The notes beneath the pieces were generated by a model. It did no database searches and had not been told where the DNA came from. It saw only the letters and a list, made by a program, of their open reading frames with translations. Shown piece after piece: positions 7,714-15,283 of a DNA stretch of 17,115 nt. The stretch comes from Armatimonadota bacterium. Its GTDB lineage: Bacteria; Armatimonadota; UBA5829; DTLH01. The first letter of the stretch is position 1. Each line of letters opens with the position of its first letter. The stretch spans positions 1 through 17,115 of the forward strand of contig JBDKSP010000087.1 in assembly GCA_039680575.1 (NCBI GenBank), written 5' to 3'. A program made the translations under genes and the position numbers.

Positions 7714-9756
7714 CTAGGCCTCCACTTTAGTAGCTTCGGATTCTACTAAAGGTTTAATCGTCAGGTTGAAAAACTCCTCTACTTTATCAGGAGTAATTCC
7801 ACCATGGATTTTATCCCCTACCTGTACGTTAGGGCTCTGCATGCATTTCTCGAAGCAGAAAGTCGCCTTGAAATCGAGTTTGTCAGCGATTCCGGCCTTC
7901 TTTGAAAGCTCGATCAACTGTTTCAGCGTGTCATAGGACCCGCGAAGATAACAGTTCGTGCCTATGCAGACAGATACCGGGATCTTCTCCTCTGCCTGAA
8001 CAGGCGTCAGCTCTACCGGCTCTCCGTCTATGCGGCGCCTTGCGCAGTAAGCTGTATGCAGAAGCTCGTGCGCGATGTGACTGTTCGGTTTTTCGAGCAG
8101 CTTCTCGTAGCACTCCTTGACATAAGGGTTATCCGCTGCATTATGGAGCGATTGAACCGCATCACAGTCGTAGAGCATCTCCTTGCGGATCTCTCTTGCG
8201 GGCATATCGTTCGGAAGCGGCTGACCACCGCCGCCGATACACCCACCACGGCAGGCCATGACTTCGACGATATCATAATAAGCCTCGCCTGACTTGATCT
8301 TCTCAAGGATTGTCCTTGCATTCGCAAGTCCGCTCACGACCGCAAGCTTCAGTTCCTTATCGCCGAGCATGACGCTCGCTTCCTTGATTCCCTCAAGGCC
8401 TCTCACTTCCTGGAACTGGAGATTCTGGCCGTTATTGCCCTCTCCTCCGGCTGCAAGCCTCAACACTGCTTCAGCAACGCCGCCGCTTGCTCCGAAGATG
8501 ACTCCAGCGCCGGTTTTGAAGCCGAAAGGCAGGTCCATGGAACCAGGAGGAAGCTCTCTGAGCTGAAGTCCGGCCTGACCGATCATTTTTATCAGTTCCT
8601 GGCTTGAAAGGACTACGTTCACATCAGGATCGCCGTTCACACTGAACTCCGGGCGCTTGGCCTCGAACTTCTTGGCTGTGCATGGCATTACCGACACGAC
8701 GAATATGTTCTCTCTCGGAACACTGAGCTCTTCGGAGAGATGTTTCTTAACAAGTGTGCCGAACATCTGCTGCGGGCTCTTGCATGTAGAAAGGTTCGGG
8801 AGATAATCAGAGTAGAACTGCTCCGCGAACTTGACCCATGCAGGGCAGCAGCTTGTGAACTGAGGCAGTTTCTCGCCTTTTGCTACGCGGCCAAGGAACT
8901 CTGTTGCCTCTTCGACCGTTGTCAGGTCGGCTGTGAATGACGTATCGTATACCTTGTCGAACCCGATCCGTCTCAGCGCGGTGATGGCTTTTGCCATCGC
9001 CTGCTCGCCGTGGCCAAGTCCGTATTCCATCGCCAGAGCTGCTCTTACAGCCGGTGCGATCTGTACGATGACGGTCTTGTCCTTGTCATGGATCGCGTTC
9101 CAGACTTCGTCTATCTGTGTCTTGACGGTGAGTGCGCCTGTCGGGCAGATAGATGCGCACTGTCCGCAGAAGACGCATTCGACCTTGTTCAACGGCTTCC
9201 CGAAGGCGGGAGTAACCCGTGCATTGCTGCCCCGGCCCGCGAAGTCCAGAACGCCTATACCCTGGACCTCTTTGCACATTCTCACGCAGTCTCCGCAGAG
9301 TATGCACTTGTTCGGGTCCCGGACTATCGATTGGTTAGCGTTGTCTATCGGCAGGACATCATCCGCCTTATCTTCGAACCTGATCTTCTTTACACCAAGC
9401 CTCTCGGCAAGTTCCTGCAGCCTGCAGTGAGTATTCTTATCGCAGGTCTGGCAGTTGCCGTGGTGGTTGGCGAGCATCAGCTCGAGCGCCATTCGCCTGA
9501 TCCGCATCGTGGTTTCGGTGTTGGTATGAACAACCATCCCGTCCACGGGCGGAGTCGAACATGTCGGCTGTATGCCGCGTCCTTCGATCTCGGCTATGCA
9601 CATTCTGCACGCGCCGTAGACCGACAGCTCTGAATGGTAACAGAATGTCGGCAGATCGACTCCCGACGCCCGTATTACCTCGAGCAGATTTTTCTTGCCA
9701 TCTATCGGGGTCTTTACCCCGTCAACTATCACGTATCCTTCGTTTTGTTTGTCCAT
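7714..9756 (-). CDS. hydA: [FeFe]-hydrogenase catalytic subunit (group A3 HydA/HndD-like) with C-terminal thioredoxin-like [2Fe-2S] domain
   Basis: Start moved to ATG 9756 (MDKQNE). [2Fe-2S] CYH...GACRMC...TC; His-ligated cluster HHGNCQTC...C; 2x[4Fe-4S]; canonical H-cluster motifs FTSCCPAW, MPCTAKKFE, EVMACRGGCIGGGGQP; C-terminal CIGTNC...CFEKC. Confidence 0.95.
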   Translation of the reverse strand: MDKQNEGYVIVDGVKTPIDGKKNLLEVIRASGVDLPTFCYHSELSVYGACRMCIAEIEGRGIQPTCSTPPVDGMVVHTNTETTMRIRRMALELMLANHHGNCQTCDKNTHCRLQELAERLGVKKIRFEDKADDVLPIDNANQSIVRDPNKCILCGDCVRMCKEVQGIGVLDFAGRGSNARVTPAFGKPLNKVECVFCGQCASICPTGALTVKTQIDEVWNAIHDKDKTVIVQIAPAVRAALAMEYGLGHGEQAMAKAITALRRIGFDKVYDTSFTADLTTVEEATEFLGRVAKGEKLPQFTSCCPAWVKFAEQFYSDYLPNLSTCKSPQQMFGTLVKKHLSEELSVPRENIFVVSVMPCTAKKFEAKRPEFSVNGDPDVNVVLSSQELIKMIGQAGLQLRELPPGSMDLPFGFKTGAGVIFGASGGVAEAVLRLAAGGEGNNGQNLQFQEVRGLEGIKEASVMLGDKELKLAVVSGLANARTILEKIKSGEAYYDIVEVMACRGGCIGGGGQPLPNDMPAREIRKEMLYDCDAVQSLHNAADNPYVKECYEKLLEKPNSHIAHELLHTAYCARRRIDGEPVELTPVQAEEKIPVSVCIGTNCYLRGSYDTLKQLIELSKKAGIADKLDFKATFCFEKCMQSPNVQVGDKIHGGITPDKVEEFFNLTIKPLVESEATKVEA

Positions 9757-9758
9757 CT

Positions 9759-11651
9759 CTATAGCTCCACTGCTCCAAGGCGGCAAACATCGTAGCATAC
9801 ACCGCACTTTATACATTTCTCGGGGTCAATCGTGTGAGGCTGCCTGAGCTCTCCGCTGATTGCTCCAGCAGGGCACTTCTTGGCACACAGGCCGCAGCCT
9901 TTGCACTTCTCCGGGTTGATTATATATGTCTTGAATGACTGGCACTCTCCGGCCGGGCACTTGCCGTCAACTACATGAGCAAGATACTCGTCGCGGAAGT
10001 GTCTGAGAGTCGAAAGTACCGGGTTCGGTGCAGTCTTGCCCAGTCCACAGAGCGATCCGTCTCTAACCGCCGTTGCCACCTCTTCGAGAAGGTCGATATC
10101 TTCGAGCTTCGCGCGGCCTTCTACGATCTTGGTCAGGATTTCGAGCATCCTTTTCGTTCCTTCACGGCAGAGAACGCACTTTCCGCAGGATTCCTTCTGA
10201 GTAAACTGCATAAAGAACCTTGCGAACTCCACCATACAGGTGTCTTCGTCCGTAACGACGAGTCCGCCGGACCCTACCATCGCTCCGACTGCTTTAAGTG
10301 AATCGTAGTCGAGCGGAAGGTCGAGGTGCTCTTTGGTCAGACATCCGCCGGAAGGCCCGCCGATCTGAACGGCCTTGAAATCTCTGCCGGTCCGAAGGCC
10401 TCCGCCGATCTTGAATACGACGTCACCAAGGGTTGTGCCCATCGGGACCTCGATAAGACCTGTATTCTTCACCGCGCCGGTGATAGCGAATACCTTTGTT
10501 CCCGGTGACTTCTCTACGCCGAATCCACGGAACCACTGAGCGCCGTTCAAGATGATCTTCGGCACATTTGCAAACGTCTCGACGTTATTCACGACGGTCG
10601 GCTTACCCCAAAGCCCTGAATTCGCAGGGAATGGCGGCTTAGGTCTCGGCATGCCCCTCTGGCCTTCGATGGAGGCGATCAGCGCGGTCTCTTCACCGCA
10701 GACGAACGCTCCAGCGCCCTCTTTGATGTGGATATTAAACGAGAACGGCCCGCCCAGGATGTTGTTTCCGAGCAGGTTCGCAGCCTCAGCCTGAGCGATA
10801 GCAGTCTTGAGCCTCTTGATTGCAAGCGGGTACTCGGCTCTTACATAAATATAGCCCTCGTCCGCGCCGATTGCATAACCGGCGATAATCATACCTTCGA
10901 GCAGCGCGTGAGGATTGCCTTCCATAACGCTTTCATCCATGAACGCGCCGGGGTCGCCCTCGTCAGCGTTGCATACGATGTATTTCTTAGCGTTCTGCGC
11001 CTTTCGAGTGAATCCCCATTTTACTCCGGTCGGGAATCCGCCGCCGCCTCTACCACGCAGGCCGGACTCTGTGATCTCGGTTATGACCGCGTCGGATGTA
11101 AGGCCGAAAAGCGCTTCGGCAGCAGCGCGGTAGCCGTCTTTTGCTATGTAATCCCTGATGTCTTCCGGCTCGATGATTCCGCATTCGGCCAGGACTATGT
11201 TTACCTGGTTCCTGTAGAACGGAATATCGTTTCGTTTGGCGAAGATTTCCCCGGTCGCTTCTTCCGTGTAAAGGAGTCTTGTGACCAATTCGCCGTTCTT
11301 CACGGTCTTTTCGACTATCTCAGCCGCGTCTTCGGGCGATACTTTAATATAGAAGGTATCGGATGGGAGGATTCTGACGATAGGACCGACCTGGCAGAAT
11401 CCAGGGCAGCCGCTGTAGCCAAGCCGGACAGCATCTTCCTTGCTCTCATCCAGAAGATCGACTTTGATCTTTACGCCCTGCTTCTCCATCTCTTTCTGGA
11501 TTGCTTCGAAGACTGCGGGAGCGCCGTTTGCCATACAACCGGTTCCGCCGCAGACCAGTACGCGTGTGCAGCCGTTCTCGATGGCAGCAAGAGCCTTCTG
11601 CTTAAGTTCTGCAAGCTCCTGAGGAGACTTGATGTTAGTAACAGGTGTCAT
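9759..11651 (-). CDS. hydB: NuoF-like NADH/FMN-binding hydrogenase subunit (HydB)
   Basis: N-terminal [2Fe-2S] (CGGTGC...CPGFC), GRGGGGFPTG, CNADEGDPGAFMD, GAFVCGEET, GGPSGG, ESCGKCVLCREG, C-terminal 2x[4Fe-4S]. Confidence 0.94.
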   Translation of the reverse strand: MTPVTNIKSPQELAELKQKALAAIENGCTRVLVCGGTGCMANGAPAVFEAIQKEMEKQGVKIKVDLLDESKEDAVRLGYSGCPGFCQVGPIVRILPSDTFYIKVSPEDAAEIVEKTVKNGELVTRLLYTEEATGEIFAKRNDIPFYRNQVNIVLAECGIIEPEDIRDYIAKDGYRAAAEALFGLTSDAVITEITESGLRGRGGGGFPTGVKWGFTRKAQNAKKYIVCNADEGDPGAFMDESVMEGNPHALLEGMIIAGYAIGADEGYIYVRAEYPLAIKRLKTAIAQAEAANLLGNNILGGPFSFNIHIKEGAGAFVCGEETALIASIEGQRGMPRPKPPFPANSGLWGKPTVVNNVETFANVPKIILNGAQWFRGFGVEKSPGTKVFAITGAVKNTGLIEVPMGTTLGDVVFKIGGGLRTGRDFKAVQIGGPSGGCLTKEHLDLPLDYDSLKAVGAMVGSGGLVVTDEDTCMVEFARFFMQFTQKESCGKCVLCREGTKRMLEILTKIVEGRAKLEDIDLLEEVATAVRDGSLCGLGKTAPNPVLSTLRHFRDEYLAHVVDGKCPAGECQSFKTYIINPEKCKGCGLCAKKCPAGAISGELRQPHTIDPEKCIKCGVCYDVCRLGAVEL

Positions 11652-11654
11652 CTT

Positions 11655-12176
11655 TTATGCCTCCCCCTTCTCAGCGGCTTCGAGTTCATCAATCGCCTTG
11701 GTGACCTTGTCTGCAGTCATCTGTCCGTGGACCTTGCCGTTGATGACGACTGCGGGCGCAAGAGCGCAGGCGCCGATGCAGCTCACTATATCGAGCGTGT
11801 AGCGCATGTCTTTGGTCGTCTTCTCGCCGTCCTTCAGTCCGAGTTTCTGTCTGATGGCCTTGATGACTGCGGTATTCTTGCGGACGTGGCATGCTGTACC
11901 GTCGCATGCTTTGATGATGAATTTGCCCTTGGGATCCAGGGAGAACTGTGCGTAGAAGGTTGCGACTCCGTAAACCGTCGCGGGCGGCAGGTCTAAAGCT
12001 GTCGCTACGAAAGTCAGAATCTCCTCCGGAAGGTATCTGTATTCTTCCTGTACTTTTTGCAGGATCGGTATGAGAGCGCTTTCGGTTGCCCCATACTCTT
12101 GTATGATCGCCTGGATTCGCTCAAATTGTCTTCGAGCGGTTGATCCGGCATCGGCTGCTGTTGTCGACTGTGACAA
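11655..12176 (-). CDS. hydC: NuoE-like [2Fe-2S] hydrogenase subunit (HydC)
   Basis: LIPILQKVQEEYRYLP, VYGVATFYAQF, CDGTAC...CIGAC; start moved to TTG 12176, 9 nt after GGAGG (start uncertain). Confidence 0.9.
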   Translation of the reverse strand: MSQSTTAADAGSTARRQFERIQAIIQEYGATESALIPILQKVQEEYRYLPEEILTFVATALDLPPATVYGVATFYAQFSLDPKGKFIIKACDGTACHVRKNTAVIKAIRQKLGLKDGEKTTKDMRYTLDIVSCIGACALAPAVVINGKVHGQMTADKVTKAIDELEAAEKGEA

Positions 12177-12276
12177 TTGCAAGAACCTCCGTTTCACAAT
12201 AAGTGTTGGTGTGGGTGTGGATGTTAGTCGTGTGAAGCATACAGGCCGGCTATCTCCCGTATGCACCAACAACCTA

Positions 12277-12304
12277 ACCAGCGTTATTTACGAATAACGC
12301 TGGT
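12277..12304. terminator. Perfect 12-bp hairpin in the rex-hydC spacer (RNA stem or operator; no U-tract)
   Basis: ACCAGCGTTATT-tacg-AATAACGCTGGT. Confidence 0.4.
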
Positions 12305-12327
12305 ACACCCAACACCTAACATTTGTA

Positions 12328-12963
12328 TTACGTCGCTAATTTCATGCGATAAGAAAGTGTTATCAAACCCCAGGCCAGGGATTGGTTTTCAACCACTATA
12401 TTTTCAGGTGCCGAAATTTTAACTGGTGCGAAGTTCCAGATCGAGCGAACGCCCGCATTTACCAGATGATTCGCTGTATCTTGAGCTGCGCTTGCCGGGA
12501 CTGTTATGATCCCGGTCTCGATCTCCTCGGATTTAATCACTCCGAATATCTCGTTGATACTTTTTACTCGTACATTGTCCAGAGCTTCGAGCCCTATGAC
12601 ATCCGGGTCACGGTCGAATACGGCTGCGAGCCTGAATCCCGCCTTGCTCCAAATAATGCTTCCTGCAAGGGCGCGTCCCAGGTTACCGAACCCGACGAGA
12701 CAGGCGGATTTGGTGCGGTCCATATCGAAAGCGTTACGTATCAGCCGCGCCAGGTCCGAAACATCATAACCTACTCTCGGCTTGCCGTCCGTTCCGAGCC
12801 CGAACAAATCCTGTCTGATTTTAACGGGAGCGAGCCCGGCGTATTCTCCGATTTCAGCACTGGTGACGTGCGTGCGGCCATCCTTTTGAAGCTGCTCGAG
12901 CACTTCCAGATATAATTCCAGTCTTACGACTGAGGCTCTGGATAGTTTTTTCAAGTTACTCAT
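12328..12963 (-). CDS. rex: Redox-sensing transcriptional repressor Rex
   Basis: N-terminal winged helix (RLELY...TSAEI...IRQDL...G...GY), Rossmann VGFGNLGRAL, FDRDP, ITVP, IWNFAP. Confidence 0.92.
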   Translation of the reverse strand: MSNLKKLSRASVVRLELYLEVLEQLQKDGRTHVTSAEIGEYAGLAPVKIRQDLFGLGTDGKPRVGYDVSDLARLIRNAFDMDRTKSACLVGFGNLGRALAGSIIWSKAGFRLAAVFDRDPDVIGLEALDNVRVKSINEIFGVIKSEEIETGIITVPASAAQDTANHLVNAGVRSIWNFAPVKISAPENIVVENQSLAWGLITLSYRMKLAT

Positions 12964-12984
12964 TCCACACTCCGCCGGTATTTA

Positions 12985-13002
12985 TCGTTAAATACTTAAC
13001 GA
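12985..13002. promoter_or_regulatory. Rex-type operator palindrome overlapping the predicted transcription start
   Basis: TCGTTAA-ATAC-TTAACGA (arms extend to ATCGTTAA/TTAACGAT); resembles the TTGTTAA-N4-TTAACAA variant of the Rex consensus. Confidence 0.65.
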
Positions 13003-13006
13003 TTAT

Positions 13007-13035
13007 ATTGTATCCCGCAGTCTGCTACATGTCAA
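13007..13035 (-). promoter_or_regulatory. sigma70 promoter of the rex-hyd operon
   Basis: Minus strand TTGACA (13035-13030) - 17 nt - TACAAT (13012-13007). Confidence 0.7.
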
Positions 13036-13051
13036 GGTAATTACAGAGTAA

Positions 13052-13069
13052 TTGTGAAATATTTCACCG
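13052..13069. promoter_or_regulatory. Rex operator upstream of the -35 box
   Basis: TTGTGAA-ATAT-TTCACCG versus consensus TTGTGAA-N4-TTCACAA (2 mismatches). Confidence 0.75.
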
Positions 13070-13168
13070 GAAGGGGGATGAGTAGAGATGAATATAGGAT
13101 TCAGGATCAAGTTTTGAAACGCGAATTACGCGGATTTAGCGAATTGCACGAATGGAGATTGGTGGAAG

Positions 13169-13307
13169 ATTGTGCTTCTCCCCGTGTGCCCACGGGGTAG
13201 GACGAACTGCGGTCCCGAAGCATACTGAACTCACAGCATAAGAGTAAATGCTGTAAATCTCCGCCTTCCGCGTTTTCTTATCATTCCGCGTCTCCGCGGT
13301 TCGAAAA
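13169..13307. repeat. Composite repeat, left copy (inverted relative to 16431-16523)
   Basis: 13200-13224 is the exact reverse complement of 16488-16512; 13255-13307 matches the reverse complement of 16431-16481 with about 6 differences; 13169-13178 is the reverse complement of 16514-16523. Confidence 0.85.
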
Positions 13308-13311
13308 CTAA

Positions 13312-14148
13312 TTACATCTTTGAGGCTATGAGTGACAGGATGAACACCCCAAGCGCCAGGCGGTACCATACGAAGACATTTATGCTGTGTTTTCTCAGAT
13401 AACCGAGCAGAAATCTGATCGCTATATACCCGACTATGGCGGAGCTTATTATCCCTGCAGCAAAGGCCATACGCTGATCCTGAGGTATTCCTTTATGTAA
13501 AATATCAGGGATATGGACAAGCGCGGCGGCCAATATGATCGGCGTGGAAAGCAGAAACGAAAACCGCGCGGCTGCGTCTCTGTCCATCCCACGGGCTAGT
13601 CCTGCGCTGATAGTAGCGCCGGAACGGGATACCCCCGGCACAAGCGCGGCGGCTTGGGCAAATCCGATGACTACCCAGTCCATGAAGCACATCTGAGCCA
13701 GTTTCTTCTTCTTTTTACTGCCGTATTTGTCGCATGCGTACATGATGCAGCCGACTACGATCAGCATTGAGGCTACGACTATCATAACCCATGTGTCCAG
13801 GCTCTTGGTCTGTTCTATTCTGTCGATTGTGTCATTGAGCAGCAGTCCGAATATCCCTGCCGGAATACAGCCGATTACCAGCCCCCAGAAAAGGTTTTGT
13901 CCCAAACCGGGATTCGCTGTTTGAGGTTTTCTCAGGACCAAAGGTCGAAGCAAATCTATCCAATCCCGCCAGAAGTAGCTTATCACAGCCAGAAGCGTGC
14001 CTGCGTGAAGAGCTACATCGAATGTAATTCCGGCATCGTTCCATCCAAACAGCCTCGGAATGAGCCGAAGGTGCCCTGTACTGCTGATAGGCAGAAATTC
14101 TGTCGCCCCCTGAACAATACCGAGGATGATGGCGTGAAGAACAGACAA
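13312..14148 (-). CDS. uppP: Undecaprenyl-diphosphate phosphatase (BacA/UppP)
   Basis: IVQGATEFLPISSTGH, HAGT, PGVSRSG, AARFSFLL; multi-TM. TTG start 14148 with GGAGAG upstream (alternative GTG 14157). Confidence 0.95.
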   Translation of the reverse strand: MSVLHAIILGIVQGATEFLPISSTGHLRLIPRLFGWNDAGITFDVALHAGTLLAVISYFWRDWIDLLRPLVLRKPQTANPGLGQNLFWGLVIGCIPAGIFGLLLNDTIDRIEQTKSLDTWVMIVVASMLIVVGCIMYACDKYGSKKKKKLAQMCFMDWVVIGFAQAAALVPGVSRSGATISAGLARGMDRDAAARFSFLLSTPIILAAALVHIPDILHKGIPQDQRMAFAAGIISSAIVGYIAIRFLLGYLRKHSINVFVWYRLALGVFILSLIASKM

Positions 14149-14149
14149 A

Positions 14150-15283
14150 TTACACACTCTCCGATCTGATTGTATTTGAAGTCATGGCGTCGCCTGCTGC
14201 CAATTGAGCGAGATGTCTCTGGCGGCGCGGCTTTACTATGTAGAGATAAACAAGTTCGCGGATTATTGCCGCGACCGGAGCCGCGAGGAACATCCCAAGC
14301 ACTCCGAAGAACTCCGCCCCGATTAAAAGAGCGATAAGGATTAGCGCAGGATGCAGCTTCATCCTGTCGCCGATCAGGATCGGCATTATAAACTTGCTTT
14401 CAACTAAATGCATGATTATGACGAAGATCAGAAGCGAAACACCAAGCTCTATCGACTGTAATGCGCCGAGTATACATATGGGTATCCCGGAGGCTACCGG
14501 ACCGATAACCGGGATTGCCCTCGTTACACCGGCGAAAACAGCGAGCACCAGGACATACTTCATCCCGACGAGATTAAGCACTATCGCGGTGGCGATACCT
14601 GCGATGATGCACAATATGAGCTGGCCTACAACATAGCTCTGCAGGATCAGACCCGTGTCCCGCAGGATTTTCATAAATTCCCGTATGCGCCACGGCGGGA
14701 CCAACCCGATAAATTCGCGTTTCAGGGACCTGCTGTCCAGCACGAAATAGAACGCCAGGACCGGGATTAGTATAAGTTCGAAAATGTTCTTCAGCCATTC
14801 GGCTGTGCTTTGAACGACCCGCTTCGTTGAAGCGGCAAGTCCCGAACCAATGCCTTTGAAGTCCTGGTTTCCGAGGAACCGCCGCATATCCTCCGGTATA
14901 TGTTTATCGTACCAGTCCGAAATCTGGTTGAACTTTGTCCCGGCTTGCTCTGAGTAGACCTCAAGCTGGCTTGTGAAGGTATCCATCTCGTTTCGGAACG
15001 GGGTTATAAAAAGCGTTATAGAGGCGCCGACGATGACAAAAAACAGGATAAAAACTATTATGGATGCGACGAGCCGCCGCGTGCGTTTATTGATCGAAAG
15101 AAACTTCCGCGAGGAGAGAAGATCGACAGCCGGCATCAGCACATAGGCAAGCATCGCTGAGAGGATGACGGTAATGAGGACACTTCGAACCTTCCAGACG
15201 ACCCAGACAAGCGCTGCTGTAAGGACAATCCTTACAAGCAAGCTCCAGATTACGTTAAGCGTAGATTCTGTTCTTGTTCTCAT
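14150..15283 (-). CDS. AI-2E family (PerM/TqsA-like) membrane transporter
   Basis: LAYVLMPAV, FYFVLD, YVVGQLIL, IPVIGP, ESKFIMPILIG...LHP...FGVLGMFLAAP pattern; multi-TM. Confidence 0.9.
   Translation of the reverse strand: MRTRTESTLNVIWSLLVRIVLTAALVWVVWKVRSVLITVILSAMLAYVLMPAVDLLSSRKFLSINKRTRRLVASIIVFILFFVIVGASITLFITPFRNEMDTFTSQLEVYSEQAGTKFNQISDWYDKHIPEDMRRFLGNQDFKGIGSGLAASTKRVVQSTAEWLKNIFELILIPVLAFYFVLDSRSLKREFIGLVPPWRIREFMKILRDTGLILQSYVVGQLILCIIAGIATAIVLNLVGMKYVLVLAVFAGVTRAIPVIGPVASGIPICILGALQSIELGVSLLIFVIIMHLVESKFIMPILIGDRMKLHPALILIALLIGAEFFGVLGMFLAAPVAAIIRELVYLYIVKPRRQRHLAQLAAGDAMTSNTIRSESV

Noticed and set aside
7708..7716. In-frame TAG-CCT-GTG junction suggesting amber readthrough fusing HydA to the small ferredoxin
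   Set aside because: The downstream gene has its own GGAGG, and hydC-hydB show the same 3-nt in-frame spacing with TAA; no recoding signal is evident.
9757..9816. ORF-track N-terminal extensions (hydA 9816; also hydC 12272, wecB 16488, Spy-like 766)
   Set aside because: They overlap upstream genes or repeats; downstream starts fit ribosome-binding sites and family N-termini better.
10728..11996. 422-aa plus-strand ORF
   Set aside because: Antisense to hydB/hydC with no motifs; a shadow ORF.
9759..12176. Respiratory complex I (nuoEF) annotation
   Set aside because: No other nuo genes are present and the adjacent subunit has complete H-cluster motifs, so these are hydrogenase diaphorase subunits.
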